A DNA stretch of 32,000 nt from an uncultured Oscillospiraceae bacterium (GTDB lineage: Bacteria > Bacillota > Clostridia > Oscillospirales > Oscillospiraceae): positions 18,220-50,219 of the forward strand of contig CALWYL010000006.1 in assembly GCA_944385765.1 (NCBI GenBank). Direction: 5' to 3'. Below, in pieces: positions 1 through 7,951 of this stretch. How positions within the stretch are numbered: position 1 is the stretch's first letter; every line of letters begins with the position of its first letter. Position numbers and translations under genes: made by a program. The notes beneath the pieces were generated by a model. The model searched no databases. It worked only from the letters and a program-made list of their open reading frames with translations, and had not been told where the DNA came from.

Positions 1-166
1 CGTCCAGACTGATATTCATGGGGTGGATGCAGCCGTGCGCCCCGCCGGGGGCGGCCGCGGCGGCCGCGCAGATATCCATCGCCAGGGCCACCAGCTCCTC
101 GCGCCCCAGGCGGCCTATGCCGGCCCCCAGGACCCTCTCCGGGTCGAATCTGTGTATCTCTGCCAT
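1..166 (-). CDS. hypothetical protein, N-terminal part only (gene runs off the left edge of the window)
   Basis: ATG at 166..164 on the minus strand, with AAAGGAGA ending 7 nt upstream. The frame stays open to position 1 and translates as MAEIHRFDPERVLGAGIGRLGREELVALAMDICAAAAAAPGGAHGCIHPMNISLD. Codons are GC3-rich like the neighbours, and the start lies 24 nt after the stop of the 191..1798 gene. No family recognised. Confidence 0.45.
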   Translation of the reverse strand, partial: MAEIHRFDPERVLGAGIGRLGREELVALAMDICAAAAAAPGGAHGCIHPMNISLD

Positions 167-190
167 CTGCAAATCTCCTTTGGGGGGAAC

Positions 191-1798
191 TCAGTCCCGC
201 ATTTCCTTTATGAGCTGTTCCAGCCGCTCTGTCCAGCTCCTCAGCAGCTTGTTCGGGCGGCCCTCCGCGCCGCGGGCGGCCTCCAGCAGCCTCTCCGCGG
301 CCGCGATGAGCGCCGCCAGGTACTGGTTGGCGCCCCGGCGATGCCGCTCCTCCTCGCGTTTGACGGGCACGCCCTCCGTCACCGTGACGAATCTCCCCGC
401 CCTCAGGTCGTACACCGTGCCGCTGAAGGGCGCCATGGCCTGGAAGCCGTAGCCGCAGAGCCTCTGGGCGAAGGCCGTGCAGGCCCCGTCGTCGCCGTGG
501 TTGACGAACACCTGCCCCGGCCGGCGCTCGCTGAAGCCCAGCATCCAGTCCAGCAGGCCGTTTTTGTCCGCGTGGCCGCTGACGCCCGGCAGCCAGCTTA
601 TCTCCGCGTTGACGGCTATGGTCTCGCCGAAGAGCTTGACCTCCCTCGCCCCGTCGTAGAGCAGCCGCCCCAGCGTCCCCTCAGCCTGGTAGCCCACGAA
701 GAGTACCAGCGACTCCCTGCGCCACAGGTTGTGCTTCAGGTGGTGCCTGATGCGCCCGGCGTCGCACATGCCGGAGGCGGAGATTATCACCTTGGGCTCG
801 CTGTCGGCGTTTATGGCCTTGGACTCCTCGGAGCTCACGGCCGTCTCCAGCCCCTCGAACCACAGCGGGTTCACGCCCCGGCCCAGCAGGGCCCTCGTCT
901 CGTCGTCCAGAAACGAGGCGTCGCACTGCAAAAACACGCTCGTGGCCTCTATGGCCAGCGGGCTGTCCACGAACACCTTGAAGCCCGGGTGGCCCTTCAC
1001 CAGCCCCCGCTCCTTTATCTCGCGGATGAAGTAGAGCATCTCCTGCGTCCTGCCCACGGCGAAGGCGGGTATCACCACGTTGCCGCCCCGGTCCAGCGTG
1101 CGCTGTATCATGGCGGCCAGCAGCGAAATATAGTCCGGCCTCTCGCTCCCGTGCGCCCGGTCGCCGTAGGTGGACTCGACCACCACATAGTCCGCCGCGG
1201 CTATGCGCTGCGGGTCGCGCAGTATGGGCTGCCCGCTGTTGCCCACGTCGCCGGAAAAGACTATCTTCCTCGTCTCCCCGCCCTCCGTGAGCCAGACCTC
1301 GATGCAGGCTGAGCCCAGGAGGTGCCCGATGTCGGTGAAGCGCACGGCCACGCCCTCCGCCGTCTGCACGGCCTCGCCGTAGGCGCAGGGCCTGAGCAGC
1401 TTTGACAGCGCCTCCACGTCGCCTATGTCGTAGAGCGGCTCCACCGCCTCCCCGCCGGAGCGCTGCGCCTTGCGGTTTTTGTACTCGGCCTCGCTCATCT
1501 GGATGTGGGCCGAGTCGCGCAGCATTATGTCCGCCAGCGAGCAGGTCGCCGCCGTGGCGTATACCGGGCCGGAAAATCCGTTCTTCGCGAGCAGCGGCAG
1601 CAGCCCGGAGTGGTCGATGTGCGCGTGCGTCAGCAGCGCGAAATCCACCTGGGACGGGGAGACGGGCAGGCGCTGGTTCTCAAACATGTCCCGCCCCTGT
1701 TCCATGCCGCAGTCCACGATGAAGCGGACGCCGCCGCACTCCACATAAGTGCAGCTCCCCGTCACCTCATGCGCCGCGCCGAGGAATGTTATTTTCAT
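191..1798 (-). CDS. MBL-fold metallo-hydrolase of the beta-CASP (RNA-metabolising, RNase J/CPSF-like) type
   Basis: 535-aa ORF. It has the N-terminal MKITFLGAAHEVTGSC start, the HxHxDH zinc motif (THAHIDHSG), a later ESTYGDR motif and a C-terminal GHAD motif, all typical of beta-CASP enzymes. A charged helical C-terminal tail follows. Confidence 0.85.
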   Translation of the reverse strand: MKITFLGAAHEVTGSCTYVECGGVRFIVDCGMEQGRDMFENQRLPVSPSQVDFALLTHAHIDHSGLLPLLAKNGFSGPVYATAATCSLADIMLRDSAHIQMSEAEYKNRKAQRSGGEAVEPLYDIGDVEALSKLLRPCAYGEAVQTAEGVAVRFTDIGHLLGSACIEVWLTEGGETRKIVFSGDVGNSGQPILRDPQRIAAADYVVVESTYGDRAHGSERPDYISLLAAMIQRTLDRGGNVVIPAFAVGRTQEMLYFIREIKERGLVKGHPGFKVFVDSPLAIEATSVFLQCDASFLDDETRALLGRGVNPLWFEGLETAVSSEESKAINADSEPKVIISASGMCDAGRIRHHLKHNLWRRESLVLFVGYQAEGTLGRLLYDGAREVKLFGETIAVNAEISWLPGVSGHADKNGLLDWMLGFSERRPGQVFVNHGDDGACTAFAQRLCGYGFQAMAPFSGTVYDLRAGRFVTVTEGVPVKREEERHRRGANQYLAALIAAAERLLEAARGAEGRPNKLLRSWTERLEQLIKEMRD

Positions 1799-2481
1799 GC
1801 GCGCTCCTTTCCCTCAGATGCCCGCCTCTTCACATGCTCCCGCCTGGCGTACAGCGCGGCGGCGGCTACCGCCAGGGCGAAGGCCGCCAGCGCGGCGGGC
1901 AGGCTCCACACGCCGGGTATGACGGCCGACAAAACTATGGTGCAGCCCCCGGCGACGGCGGCGGCCCTGCCCAGAAATGCGTGGGCGGCCCTCCAGACCG
2001 CCTCGTCGGCGAGGGTGTGCCTTGTCTTCAGTCCTATGTTCCTGTTGTACGGTATGGCACCCAGCTCATCCCCGGCCGAGATGTAGAGCACCCCCAGCAG
2101 CGCCGAGGCGAACTGCACTATGCGCCCGTCGCGCGCGCTCCGCGACATGTCCAGCCCCGGCAGCAGGGGCACGGCGAGCTTATAGAGCGCTATCAGCGCG
2201 AAAAAGGCCGTCACGGCGAGGGAGACGCCGTCCATGTAGGCGGCCAGGCGCGCGCCGTCCCTGTCCAGCGACACCAACTTGCGCAGCGCGGCCAGCGCCA
2301 GGCGCAGGGCGAGCACGATGAGCGGCCAGAGCAGCAGCGCCCACTTGGGCCCCCACTCGTCCGGCTCGCCGGCGGCGTCGAAGCCCAGCGGCAGCGTCCC
2401 CGGCGCGAAGCACAGCGCCACGAGCGCCGCGGCGAGCGGCAGCGGCGCTATTATGTCCGCGGCTATCCTCTTTTTCCTCAT
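1795..2481 (-). CDS. SdpI/YhfL-family integral membrane protein (DUF1648 + SdpI-like domains)
   Basis: 228-aa multi-pass hydrophobic ORF. It carries a DUF1648-like segment (FDAAGEPDEWGPKW) and an SdpI-like segment (PYNRNIGLKTRHTLADEAVWRAAH). Its stop overlaps the start of the downstream MBL gene by 4 nt. Confidence 0.6.
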   Translation of the reverse strand: MRKKRIAADIIAPLPLAAALVALCFAPGTLPLGFDAAGEPDEWGPKWALLLWPLIVLALRLALAALRKLVSLDRDGARLAAYMDGVSLAVTAFFALIALYKLAVPLLPGLDMSRSARDGRIVQFASALLGVLYISAGDELGAIPYNRNIGLKTRHTLADEAVWRAAHAFLGRAAAVAGGCTIVLSAVIPGVWSLPAALAAFALAVAAAALYARREHVKRRASEGKERA

Positions 2482-2517
2482 GCCGTCCCCCTCCCCGCGC
2501 TCCCGGAGCGCGGCCTC

Positions 2518-4323
2518 TCACTCGTCCAGCTTCAGCACGGCCAGGAAGGCCTCCGTGGGGATCTGAACCGTGCCCAGCTGGCGCATCTTCTTCTTGCCCT
2601 CCTTCTGCTTTTCCAGCAGCTTCTTCTTGCGCGTGATATCGCCGCCGTAGCACTTGGCCAGCACGTCCTTGCGCAGGGCCTTCACCGTCTCGCGGGCGAT
2701 TATCTTGCCCCCGATGGCCGCCTGCACCGGAATTTCGAAGAGCTGGCGGGGTATGTTCTCCTTCAGCTTCTCGCAGAGCTTGCGCGCCCGGGGGTAGGCC
2801 TTGTCCTTGTGGGCGATGAAGCTCAGCGCGTCCACCTGCTCGCCGTTGAGCAGCATGTCCACCTTGACCAGCTCGCTGGGGCGGTAGTCGGCCAGCTCGT
2901 AGTCCAGCGAGGCGTAGCCCTTCGTGCGGGCCTTCAGCGTGTCGAAAAAGTCGTAGATTATCTCGTTGAGCGGCATCATGTAGCGCAGCTCGACGAGGTG
3001 CGCGTCCAGGTACTGCATGTCCTTGTACTCCCCGCGCCTGTCCTGGCAGAGGGGCATTATATTGCCGACGAACTCCTGCGGCGTGATGATGGACACGCTG
3101 ACATAGGGCTCCCTGGCCTCGGCTATGGAGGCCGGGTCCGGGTAGTTGTGCGGGTTGTCCACCCGCACGAGCGAGCCGTCCGTCCGCGTCACCTCATAGA
3201 TGACGGAGGGCAGCGTGGTCACCAGGTCGAGGTCGAACTCGCGCTCCAGCCTCTCCTGTATGACCTCCATGTGCAGCATGCCCAGAAAGCCGCAGCGGAA
3301 GCCGAAGCCCAGCGCCACGGAGCTCTCCGGCTCGAAGGAGAGCGAGGCGTCGTTGAGCTGAAGCTTCTCCAGCGCGTCGCGCAGGTCGGGGTACTTGCTG
3401 CCGTCCTCGGTGTATATGCCGCAGTACACCATGGGCCGCGGCTGCTGGTAGCCCGGCAGGGGCTCGGCCGTGGGGCGCGCGGCCTCCGTCACCGTGTCGC
3501 CCACCCGGGTGTCCGCCACGTTCTTGATGCTGGCCGTGAAGTAGCCCACGTCCCCCGCGCTGAGCTCCTCGCAGGGCTCCAGGCGCGTGGGCCGCAGGTG
3601 CCCCACCTCCACCACCTTGTAGACAGCCCCCGTGGCCATCAGCTTTATCTCCATGTCCTTTTTTATGCGCCCGTCCATGAGGCGCATGAGGACTATGACG
3701 CCCCGGAAGGGGTCGTACTGGCTGTCGAACACCAGCGCGCGCAGCGGCGCGTCCTCGTCGCCCCCCGGCGCGGGTATGCCGCGCACTATGGCCTCCGGCA
3801 CGGCGGCGATATTCACGCCGTTCTTGGCCGATATCTCCGGCGCGTCCTCGGCGGGTATGCCGATGATGTCCTCAATCTCCTGCTTGGTGCGCGCCACGTC
3901 CGCCGCCGGCAGGTCTATCTTGTTTATCACCGGCAGAATCTCCAGGTCGTGGTTCAGCGCCATGTAGGTGTTGGCCAGCGTCTGCGCCTCCACGCCCTGG
4001 CTGGCGTCCACCACCAGCAGCGCGCCCTCGCAGGCGGCCAGCGAGCGGCTGACCTCATAGCTGAAGTCCACGTGCCCCGGCGTGTCTATCAGGTTGAGCG
4101 TGTACTCCTCCCCGTTCTGCGCCCGGTAGCTGAGGCCCACGGCGCGGGCCTTTATGGTTATGCCCCTCTCGCGCTCGAGGTCCATGTTGTCGAGTATCTG
4201 GCTCTCCATCTCCCGGCTCTCCACCGCCCCGCAGAGCTCTATGAGCCTGTCGGAGAGCGTGCTCTTGCCGTGGTCGATGTGCGCGATTATGGAGAAGTTC
4301 CTGATGTGCTTTCTGTCCGTCAT
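2518..4323 (-). CDS. lepA: translation elongation factor 4 (LepA)
   Basis: 601-aa ORF with a canonical LepA N-terminus ([21 protein letters not shown]), the DTPGHVDF motif, the NKID motif and the conserved LepA C-terminal domain. Confidence 0.97.
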   Translation of the reverse strand: MTDRKHIRNFSIIAHIDHGKSTLSDRLIELCGAVESREMESQILDNMDLERERGITIKARAVGLSYRAQNGEEYTLNLIDTPGHVDFSYEVSRSLAACEGALLVVDASQGVEAQTLANTYMALNHDLEILPVINKIDLPAADVARTKQEIEDIIGIPAEDAPEISAKNGVNIAAVPEAIVRGIPAPGGDEDAPLRALVFDSQYDPFRGVIVLMRLMDGRIKKDMEIKLMATGAVYKVVEVGHLRPTRLEPCEELSAGDVGYFTASIKNVADTRVGDTVTEAARPTAEPLPGYQQPRPMVYCGIYTEDGSKYPDLRDALEKLQLNDASLSFEPESSVALGFGFRCGFLGMLHMEVIQERLEREFDLDLVTTLPSVIYEVTRTDGSLVRVDNPHNYPDPASIAEAREPYVSVSIITPQEFVGNIMPLCQDRRGEYKDMQYLDAHLVELRYMMPLNEIIYDFFDTLKARTKGYASLDYELADYRPSELVKVDMLLNGEQVDALSFIAHKDKAYPRARKLCEKLKENIPRQLFEIPVQAAIGGKIIARETVKALRKDVLAKCYGGDITRKKKLLEKQKEGKKKMRQLGTVQIPTEAFLAVLKLDE

Positions 4324-4631
4324 TGTCCGCCCTCCGCGAGTTTTTCCGCCATGTCCGCCATGGCCCGCAGGCCCTGGGCCAGCGAGCGCAGCTCGCCCGT
4401 GCCCGCCGTCCGGCCCGGCTCCTCCGTCCTGCCCAGCAGGAAATCGGCCGTCACGCCGTAGTAGTCGCAGGCCCTCACCACAAAGCCCAGCCCCGGCTCC
4501 CTCGCCCCGTTCTCATAGTGCGAGAGCAGCGCCTGGCTTATGCGCAGGTCTGCCGCGACCCGCCGCTGGCTGAGCCCGCGGCCGCGCCGCAGCTCGCACA
4601 GCACCTCGCTGAAAGAGCGCCCCATCAGCAT
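4320..4631 (-). CDS. XRE-family helix-turn-helix transcriptional regulator
   Basis: 103 aa with a typical Cro/C1 HTH ([33 protein letters not shown]). Its stop overlaps the lepA start as ATGA. A GGAGG sequence lies upstream of the ATG at 4631. Confidence 0.85.
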   Translation of the reverse strand: MLMGRSFSEVLCELRRGRGLSQRRVAADLRISQALLSHYENGAREPGLGFVVRACDYYGVTADFLLGRTEEPGRTAGTGELRSLAQGLRAMADMAEKLAEGGQ

Positions 4632-4663
4632 ACCTCCGCCCGTTTTTTGATAACAGTCAGTAT

Positions 4664-4692
4664 ATTATACCGTCGCTGCCGGCTTTTGTAAA
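4664..4692 (-). promoter_or_regulatory. sigma-A type promoter for the XRE-lepA operon
   Basis: The minus strand reads TTTACA (4692..4687), a 17-nt spacer, then a perfect TATAAT (4669..4664). This sits about 30 nt upstream of the GGAGG/ATG of the XRE gene. Confidence 0.6.
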
Positions 4693-4703
4693 TACTCCCG
4701 CCC

Positions 4704-4745
4704 CAAATAAAAGGGGGGGCGCCGTCCGTCGCGGACGGCGCCCCC
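4704..4745 (-). terminator. rho-independent terminator of the feo operon
   Basis: On the minus strand, a 14-bp GC stem (GGGGGCGCCGTCCG / CGGACGGCGCCCCC, 4745..4715) with a 3-nt loop is followed by CCTTTTATTT. It lies about 20 nt after the stop of the Cys-rich peptide gene. Confidence 0.75.
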
Positions 4746-4765
4746 GGGTTGTGGAGGGAGCACGG

Positions 4766-4954
4766 TCATTTGCCCTCAGCGTGACCATGGCAAATCCCGC
4801 TGCAGGCACAGCCCCCGCAGCCGCTGCCGCAGCTGCACGAGCCCTTGCCGTGTTTTTTGTCTTTTAGCACTTTCCAGGCCGCCAGGGCGACCACTGCCAG
4901 TACAGCCAGCCCCACGGCGACTGACGCCGCGTTCACGCAGAGCCACTCAAGCAT
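4766..4954 (-). CDS. FeoB-associated Cys-rich membrane protein
   Basis: 62 aa with one N-terminal transmembrane helix and a C-terminal Cys/Gly cluster (GSCSCGSGCGGCACSGICHGH). It overlaps the feoB stop by 8 nt, the usual position for this small family. Confidence 0.8.
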   Translation of the reverse strand: MLEWLCVNAASVAVGLAVLAVVALAAWKVLKDKKHGKGSCSCGSGCGGCACSGICHGHAEGK

Positions 4955-7118
4955 TGGCCGACGCCCTCTTTCCCCTCAGCCGCTCGCCGTACTCGCCGTA
5001 GGGGTTCCGGCGGAAGAGCAGGTAGAGCATGCCGGCCAGCACAGCCAGGGCAACCGCGGTCCAGAATCCGAAGACCACCTGGCCCAGGATGAGCCCGCCG
5101 AGCTGGTAAATCACCAGGCTCATGCAGTAGGCGAAGCCGCACATGTAGCCGATGGCGGCCAGGGTCCACTTGGGGCTGTTCATCTCGCGCTTAATGGCGC
5201 CCATGGCCGCGAAGCACGGCGCGCACAGCAGGTTGAACACCATGAAGCTGTAGCCGGCGATGCCGCTGTAGTCCGCCGCCAGGATGCTCCACATCTCGTC
5301 TCCGGCCTCCGCCACCTCGGCGAAGCCGTAGCACACGCCCATGATGGCCACCAGGTTCTCCTTGGCCACCAGTCCGCCCACGGCGCCCACGGTTGCCTGC
5401 CAGGTGCCGAAGCCCAGGGGGACAAAGATGAAGGCCACCGCACCGCCGACGGCCGCGAGCAGGGAGTTGTTGTTGTCCTCCACCATGCCGAAGGCGCCGT
5501 TTTCGCTGCCGAAGCTCTGGAGGAACCAGATTATCACGGTGCTGAGCAGTATGACGGTGAAGGCCCGCTTGATGAAGCTCCAGCCGCGCTCCCAGGTGGC
5601 CCTGAGCACGTTGCCGGCGGCCGGAGCGTGGTAGGGCGGCAGCTCCATGACGAAGGGGGCCGCGTCGCCGGCGAAGGCCTTGAGCTTTTTGAGTATGATG
5701 CCGGAGATGACGATGGAGAGCACGCCCACGAAGTAGGCGCTGGTGGCCACCCACCAGGCGTTGTCGAAGAAGGCGCCCGCTATCATGCCGATTATGGGCA
5801 GCTTGGCGCTGCAGGGGATGAAGCAGGTGGTCATGATGGTCATGCGCCTGTCGCGCTCGTTTTCAATGGTGCGGCTGGCCATCACCGCGGGCACGCCGCA
5901 GCCGGAGCCTATCAGCATGGGTATGAAGCTCTTGCCGGAGAGGCCGAACTTGCGGAAGATGCGGTCCATGATGAAGGCTATGCGGGCCATGTAGCCCACG
6001 TCCTCCAGGATGGAGAGCATGACGAAGAGTATGAGCATCTGCGGCACGAAGCCGATAACTGCGCCCACGCCGGCTATGATGCCGTCCACCACCAGCCCGG
6101 TCAGCCAGGGGGCCACCGCCGCGCCCTCCATCCAGCCGCGCACGGTCTCCATGCACCACTCGCCGACGAGCACGTCGTTCGTCCAGTCGGTTATCGGCGT
6201 GCCTATCACCGGGCCCATGGCTATCCAGTACACCGCCGCCATTATGACGACGAAAATGGGCAGGGCGGCTATGCGGTCGGTGACTATGCGGTCTATCTTG
6301 TCCGAGGCCGTCATCTTGAGCCCGGACTGCTTTTTCTTCACCGCCGAGGAGACCACCCGCGCTATGTAGGCGTAGCGCTGGTTGGTGATGATGCTCTCCG
6401 CATCGTCGTCCATCTCCCGCTCGCAGTCGGAGATGTGCTCGTCTATGTGCTTCCAGAGCCCGGGCTCCAGCTTCAGCTCCTCGAGCACCTTCTCGTCGCG
6501 CTCGAACACCTTGATGGCGTACCAGCGGAGATAGCGCTTATCCACGCGGCCCTCTATGCTCTCCTCGATGTGGGCAATGGCGTGCTCCACGCTGCCGTCG
6601 AACACGCTGGGGGCCTCCACGCGCCTCCCCTCGCGGGCCAGCTCGGCCGCCCGGCGGGCCGCCTCGTGCGAGCCCTCGCCCTTGAGGGCGCTGGTCTCCA
6701 TCACCTCGCAGCCCAGCGCGGCGCCCAGCTTTTTCAGGTCTATCTTGTCGCCGTTTTTGCGCACCACGTCTATCATGTTCACCGCCACCACCGTGGGTAT
6801 GCCCAGCTCTATGAGCTGGGTGGTGAGGTAGAGGTTGCGCTCTATGTTGGTGCCGTCCACTATATTTATTATGGCGTCCGGCTTCTCGTTCACCAGATAG
6901 CTCCTGGCCACCACCTCTTCCAGAGTGTAGGGGCTCAGGGAATATATGCCGGGCAGGTCCTGTATCACGACGTCCCGCGCGCCCTTCAGCCGGCCCTCTT
7001 TTTTCTCCACGGTGACGCCCGGCCAGTTGCCGACGCGCTGGTTAGACCCCGTGAGGTCGTTGAACATCGTCGTCTTGCCGCTGTTGGGGTTTCCCGCCAG
7101 GGCTATTTTCACTTCCAT
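4947..7118 (-). CDS. feoB: ferrous iron transport protein B
   Basis: 723 aa. It has an N-terminal G-domain (IALAGNPNSGKTTMFNDLTG, DLPGIYSL, NMID) followed by the polytopic FeoB membrane domain. Confidence 0.97.
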   Translation of the reverse strand: MEVKIALAGNPNSGKTTMFNDLTGSNQRVGNWPGVTVEKKEGRLKGARDVVIQDLPGIYSLSPYTLEEVVARSYLVNEKPDAIINIVDGTNIERNLYLTTQLIELGIPTVVAVNMIDVVRKNGDKIDLKKLGAALGCEVMETSALKGEGSHEAARRAAELAREGRRVEAPSVFDGSVEHAIAHIEESIEGRVDKRYLRWYAIKVFERDEKVLEELKLEPGLWKHIDEHISDCEREMDDDAESIITNQRYAYIARVVSSAVKKKQSGLKMTASDKIDRIVTDRIAALPIFVVIMAAVYWIAMGPVIGTPITDWTNDVLVGEWCMETVRGWMEGAAVAPWLTGLVVDGIIAGVGAVIGFVPQMLILFVMLSILEDVGYMARIAFIMDRIFRKFGLSGKSFIPMLIGSGCGVPAVMASRTIENERDRRMTIMTTCFIPCSAKLPIIGMIAGAFFDNAWWVATSAYFVGVLSIVISGIILKKLKAFAGDAAPFVMELPPYHAPAAGNVLRATWERGWSFIKRAFTVILLSTVIIWFLQSFGSENGAFGMVEDNNNSLLAAVGGAVAFIFVPLGFGTWQATVGAVGGLVAKENLVAIMGVCYGFAEVAEAGDEMWSILAADYSGIAGYSFMVFNLLCAPCFAAMGAIKREMNSPKWTLAAIGYMCGFAYCMSLVIYQLGGLILGQVVFGFWTAVALAVLAGMLYLLFRRNPYGEYGERLRGKRASANA

Positions 7119-7189
7119 ACCTCTTTGCTCCTCTCACCAGTTAGTTTGGACTACCCACAGGGCGCAGCAAGCCCTCTCCCGCGGGCGCG

Positions 7190-7411
7190 TCACCTGACCT
7201 CGATGAGCTCGGCGTCCGCCTTGCGGATGGAGAGCTCGTAGCCGCGCACCGTGGTCTCCAGCGGGTCGCCCAGAGGCGCCACCTTGCGGATGTAGATTTC
7301 CGTCCCCTTGGTCACGCCCATGTCCATGATGCGCCGCTTCAGCGCCCCCTCTCCATGGAGCCTGACCACGGTGACGGTCTCGCCGACCTTCGCGTCCTTG
7401 AGAGTTTTCAT
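7190..7411 (-). CDS. feoA: FeoA-domain protein
   Basis: 73-aa small SH3-like FeoA sequence (LKDAKVGETVTVVRLHGEGALKRRIMDMGVTKGTEIYI). It lies immediately upstream of feoB. Confidence 0.9.
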   Translation of the reverse strand: MKTLKDAKVGETVTVVRLHGEGALKRRIMDMGVTKGTEIYIRKVAPLGDPLETTVRGYELSIRKADAELIEVR

Positions 7412-7415
7412 CCTC

Positions 7416-7634
7416 TTACCCCCTTACCATGATTCTGTTGGCCAGCTCCCTGTCGAGAGCTATCCGGCTGTCCTTCACCTGCAGTATGACGTTCCCCCCC
7501 AGGGTGCTCACCACCTTCACCTCTTCCCCCAGGACCAGCCCCAGCTCCGCCAGGTGGCGGCGGACCTCGTCCTTCCCGGTTATCTTGGCGATGCTCTGCG
7601 GCACCATGGGCTCAGCAAGCGAAAGCGGCAGCAT
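7416..7634 (-). CDS. feoA: FeoA-domain protein (second copy)
   Basis: FeoA-like sequence (ITGKDEVRRHLAELGLVLGEEVKVVS). I place the start at the ATG at 7634 (MLPLSLAEP...), which has GGGAGGT 6 nt upstream. The ORF-track start at 7649 is a GTG with no RBS and lies inside the palindromic box. Confidence 0.85.
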   Translation of the reverse strand: MLPLSLAEPMVPQSIAKITGKDEVRRHLAELGLVLGEEVKVVSTLGGNVILQVKDSRIALDRELANRIMVRG

Positions 7635-7647
7635 GAAAATACCTCCC

Positions 7648-7668
7648 ACAGGTTAGGCCAACCTAACC
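7648..7668. promoter_or_regulatory. DtxR/IdeR-type iron box in the feo leader
   Basis: ACAGGTTAGGCCAACCTAA (7648-7666) matches 16 of 19 positions of the IdeR/DtxR consensus TTAGGTTAGGCTAACCTAA. The same stretch also reads as the palindrome GGTTAGG-CCAA-CCTAACC (7651-7668). It lies just upstream of the feoA RBS. Confidence 0.55.
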
Positions 7669-7719
7669 ATTTGCCGTTAAATCGCTGGCGTTAGACTTTT
7701 CTAACTCCCAGCAACCTGT

Positions 7720-7748
7720 AGTTTAATACATCTAACTGCCTTTGTCAA
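7720..7748 (-). promoter_or_regulatory. candidate promoter of the feoA-feoA-feoB operon
   Basis: The minus strand reads TTGACA (7748..7743), a 17-nt spacer, then TAAACT (7725..7720). The spacer contains a further GTTAG/CTAAC half-site (7732-7736). Confidence 0.4.
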
Positions 7749-7859
7749 GGGGAAAAACGTCAATTTTTCCCCCGCCGCGCCCGGAGGGGTATTTTGCCCA
7801 AAAAGAGCTGTGGATTTACAGCATGTTTCACGAATCAAACGGGCGAGCACATAATTCGA

Positions 7860-7888
7860 TTGACTTTTTGCCCAATGAGCGCTAAAGT
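7860..7888 (+). promoter_or_regulatory. candidate promoter of the LacI-family regulator / maltodextrin operon
   Basis: TTGACT (7860-7865), a 17-nt spacer, then TAAAGT (7883-7888). The operator palindromes start about 15 nt downstream. Confidence 0.4.
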
Positions 7889-7903
7889 GTGTTACGTGGT
7901 GAA

Positions 7904-7930
7904 AACGTTACCGGTAACGTTGCCGGCAAC
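7904..7930. promoter_or_regulatory. tandem palindromic operators, presumably for the adjacent LacI-family repressor
   Basis: There is a perfect 18-bp palindrome AACGTTACCGGTAACGTT (7904-7921). Read another way, two abutting 12-bp palindromes are present: GTTACCGGTAAC (7907-7918) and GTTGCCGGCAAC (7919-7930). Their consensus is GTTRCCGGYAAC with a central CG, as in LacI-family operators. Confidence 0.6.
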
Positions 7931-7951
7931 ACGCGAAGGGGACGGTGAGAG

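Noticed and set aside
1786-4461. 891-aa plus-strand ORF antisense to lepA. Similar very long antisense ORFs occur at 4845..7241, 9064..11454, 11316..13463, 15760..17511, 18138..19256, 20738..22132, 22171..23421, 23198..24505, 25107..26507, 28205..29257, 29388..30740 and 30704..31585.
   Set aside because: Each lies opposite a gene with unmistakable family motifs. Their translations are low-complexity and rich in Arg, Gly, Ala, His and Leu, with no recognisable domains. Long stop-free antisense frames are an expected artefact of ~70% GC coding DNA.
7635-7649. Upstream GTG start (MGGIF...) for the second feoA.
   Set aside because: It has no RBS and lies inside the palindromic iron box. The ATG at 7634 has GGGAGGT at ideal spacing.
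7824-7839. parS-like sequence TGTTTCACGAATCAAA.
   Set aside because: Only the left half matches the parS consensus TGTTTCACGTGAAACA, and the right half is unrelated. No full parS was seen in the window.
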